A DNA stretch of 64,000 bases. It comes from Zygnema circumcarinatum SAG 698-1b (Eukaryota; Plantae; Zygnematophyceae). The position numbers and the translations under genes are program-made. The stretch is from NCBI GenBank assembly GCA_037447605.1, contig CM074807.1:2676327-2740326 (forward strand), written 5' to 3'. A model generated the notes under the pieces. It was given only the letters and a program-made list of their open reading frames with translations, was not told the origin of the DNA and made no database searches. Below are positions 61,806 to 64,000 of this stretch, piece after piece. The first letter of the stretch is position 1, and the number at the start of each line of letters is the position of its first letter.

Positions 61806-64000
61806 ATGGTCGAAGTGAGGGAGGCTTGTAAGTATGGACTGCAGTGCTATAGGCAAAACCCGGAACATCTAGAGAGGTATTCTCATGGGGGAGATGCTTG
61901 TAGGGAGATGCAACAAGCGGAAAGCTCAGGCATCGATTCTAAGACATCTGAACGGACTAATCCAGAATTAATGGGAAACCGAGCCGTTTCTGAAAGAGGA
62001 AAGGATGGGATAGATGAACCTGGATATAACACACTGCACATGTTTGTAAAAGGGCGCGAGTCTAGTGAGCTTGGCGCCAACCTAGGAGTGAACATTTCTG
62101 AAGTTGATTATCAGCAGGAACGTAAGGGGAGTTACATCAGTGTGCCTGAGAAAGTCCTCACTGGAGACTCTCCCAAACCGGAATGTAGTGGGAGCTTCAA
62201 AGTCGTAGGCTCAGGAGATGGCAAGTTCTCGAGTACACAGCCGCGAGACTCCATCCAACAGCTGCCAGAACCAATAAGAGGAGGACTTTCTCTATTGCAG
62301 GAAAAGCCGCTTGTGGTTCTTTTGGGAGGGCCACCCGGTAGTGGTAAAAGCACATTTTGCGAAAGAATGATGAAGAATGCTTTGCGTCCATGGACAAGAA
62401 TTTGTCAGGTAATGCATTTTTTGGCTATTGTTGGCCACCGCCTTCATGAGAACACTATTTGATTTTAAGGAAACGATTTTGGGAACTTCAATTTTTCATA
62501 TGGCCTTGAATTTCAGTTTTTACTCTGTGTTAAACGCGTTGGACAACCATTACTCTGGACGGTTGCATGTACACGAAGCGTATTAGTTCTTTCCGTATGC
62601 TTCACAACTCCGATATCTCTCATACTGTATTCTCATGCCTTTCCAACTTCTTCAAAGCCGTCGTGTCCCCAGGACTTCATTGTGCACCAGCAACGAGCAT
62701 TAGTACAAATGCGGGGTGTGCCTTGTTTTTTCACCTCAAAAGCGGGTTATATCTGCGTACAATCTGCCGCTAGCTTTCCATCTGAAATGGACTGAGTGTT
62801 TGCAGTGATGGCTGTGCTGCAGGATGTCATTGCAAATGGAAAACGAGGGAGTCGGAAGCAGTGCTTAAAGTTTGCAAAAGCTGCTTTATCTTCTGGAAAT
62901 TCTGTGCTGATCGATCGCTGCAATATGAATGTCGAGCAGCGTGCTGACTTTGTGACTTTGGCTGCGAACATGGATGCGGAAGCGCATGCAGTTTTTTTTG
63001 GCCTTCCTCTCAGAGTGTGCATCGCCCGAGCGACAGAACGGCGATCACACGAGGGGGGGTTAGAGGTGATTGCTGAAGCTCAGCTACAGTCAATGGCTGA
63101 ATTTCTTAAGACTGTCTACCGGGCTGTAGAGAGCTGAATTCGTGTTGGAGGCAGTTTTGGGCGTTGTGGTCACGCATTTTCTCGATGGGGAACAGACTCC
63201 GGCAAAAAATGGTTAGAGTTGAAGCTGATGGAAGAGAATGCAAGGTCTGCTGTTCTGCTATTCCTGACCACGACTTCACTCTTCCTTTCAGAGTTTCTCG
63301 TTATTCTATTCTAAGAACTGAATGGGGCTGGAAGATTGTTGTGTGGCAACTTGCTATGCAGCCTTTCGGCTGGATATGCCTCGACCTCGACTGAACAGAT
63401 AATGTTTGACTGTGATGTTCCGGCAGGGACCAACAGCGGAAAGGATTGTGAGAATGACACATCGAAGTCGGTGCTTTCCAGTTCTAGAAGAGGGCTTTCA
63501 CAGAGTCACTATTTGTCAATCTGATAGTGAGGTTGATTCTATCATGAAGCTTTATAAGCAGCTCACACCGAATGATAAGCTACCAGGCGGCATTCATGGG
63601 ACCCTTCCAAAGGTGGGACAGACTCGAATGAAGAAGCCAAACCAGTCAGGCAACCTTTCAGGGTCTCCTCCTGGGGTGGGTTGCGGACTTGTAGGAAGTA
63701 AAAATAGTGGTGGAGTGAAGAAGATCAAGATCATGCAGGAAGAAAGAGACTGCGGACACGATCAGCCTGGAACTATGGGTATTCAATCAAATCATCCAGT
63801 TCTTTTTGTGAAGGGACGTGACCGGAGGACTTGTGCTGGCAAGGACGCTGAGCAGAGTGAAGGAAACAAACGAAGTGGTGGAGGCGACAGTCAGCACGGT
63901 GGTGTAAGGAATGATGATCAGCAGGCTCAGCCACTGGCTGCTACAGAAAGCGATGATCAGCAGGTCATATCCGGAGGCCGCTCCTAATTTTTTATGTATG
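61806..64000 (+). CDS. PBZ zinc finger + AAA_33/PNK-like P-loop kinase; 5' part of an aprataxin/'bHLH140'-like DNA-repair gene, probably continuing beyond the window
   Basis: CKYGLQCYRQNPEHLERYSH (PBZ/zf-CCHH); LLGGPPGSGKSTFC...WTRICQ|DVIANGKRGSRKQC...VLIDRCNMNVEQR...HAVFFGLPLRVCIARATERRSHEGGLE|...EEGFHRVTICQSDSEVD matches the kinase part of plant aprataxin homologues. Macro and HIT domains are not visible in the window. Confidence 0.8.

Overview
Gene-dense, intron-rich eukaryotic nuclear DNA from a green plant lineage. A non-seed streptophyte such as a charophyte/zygnematophycean alga is my inference, from plant-type orthologues, GT-AG introns of about 70-600 nt, telo-boxes and an ALDH21-family gene. 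I reconstructed about 13 protein-coding loci by hand-splicing. In order: 3' end of an Ariadne RBR E3 ligase; a decayed zinc-knuckle/KH gene; CDC26; jagunal; a LYR-motif ORF; BIG ARF-GEF; RAD21/SYN; a ThDP-enzyme/ALDH21 fusion; a Tim44-like protein; a UVR+SnoaL protein; an NXPE/SGNH esterase; DUF4336; MEMO1; cyclin T; and a PBZ + P-loop kinase aprataxin-like gene. No tRNA, rRNA, CRISPR array or intact transposon was recognised. The standout is a roughly 30-exon gene (30136-37993) that appears to splice a bacterial-type 'acetolactate synthase-like' ThDP decarboxylase, from the family containing cyanobacterial 2-oxoglutarate decarboxylase OgdA, in frame through a Pro-rich linker to an ALDH21-type succinic-semialdehyde dehydrogenase. 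This is a candidate single-polypeptide, cytosolic 2-oxoglutarate -> succinate TCA bypass. Also notable are two candidate bicistronic/uORF arrangements: intact CDC26 upstream of a pseudogenised gene instead of TTM3, and a LYR ORF 107 nt upstream of BIG. Family assignments come from motif recognition and recalled homologue sequences; no database searches were run.
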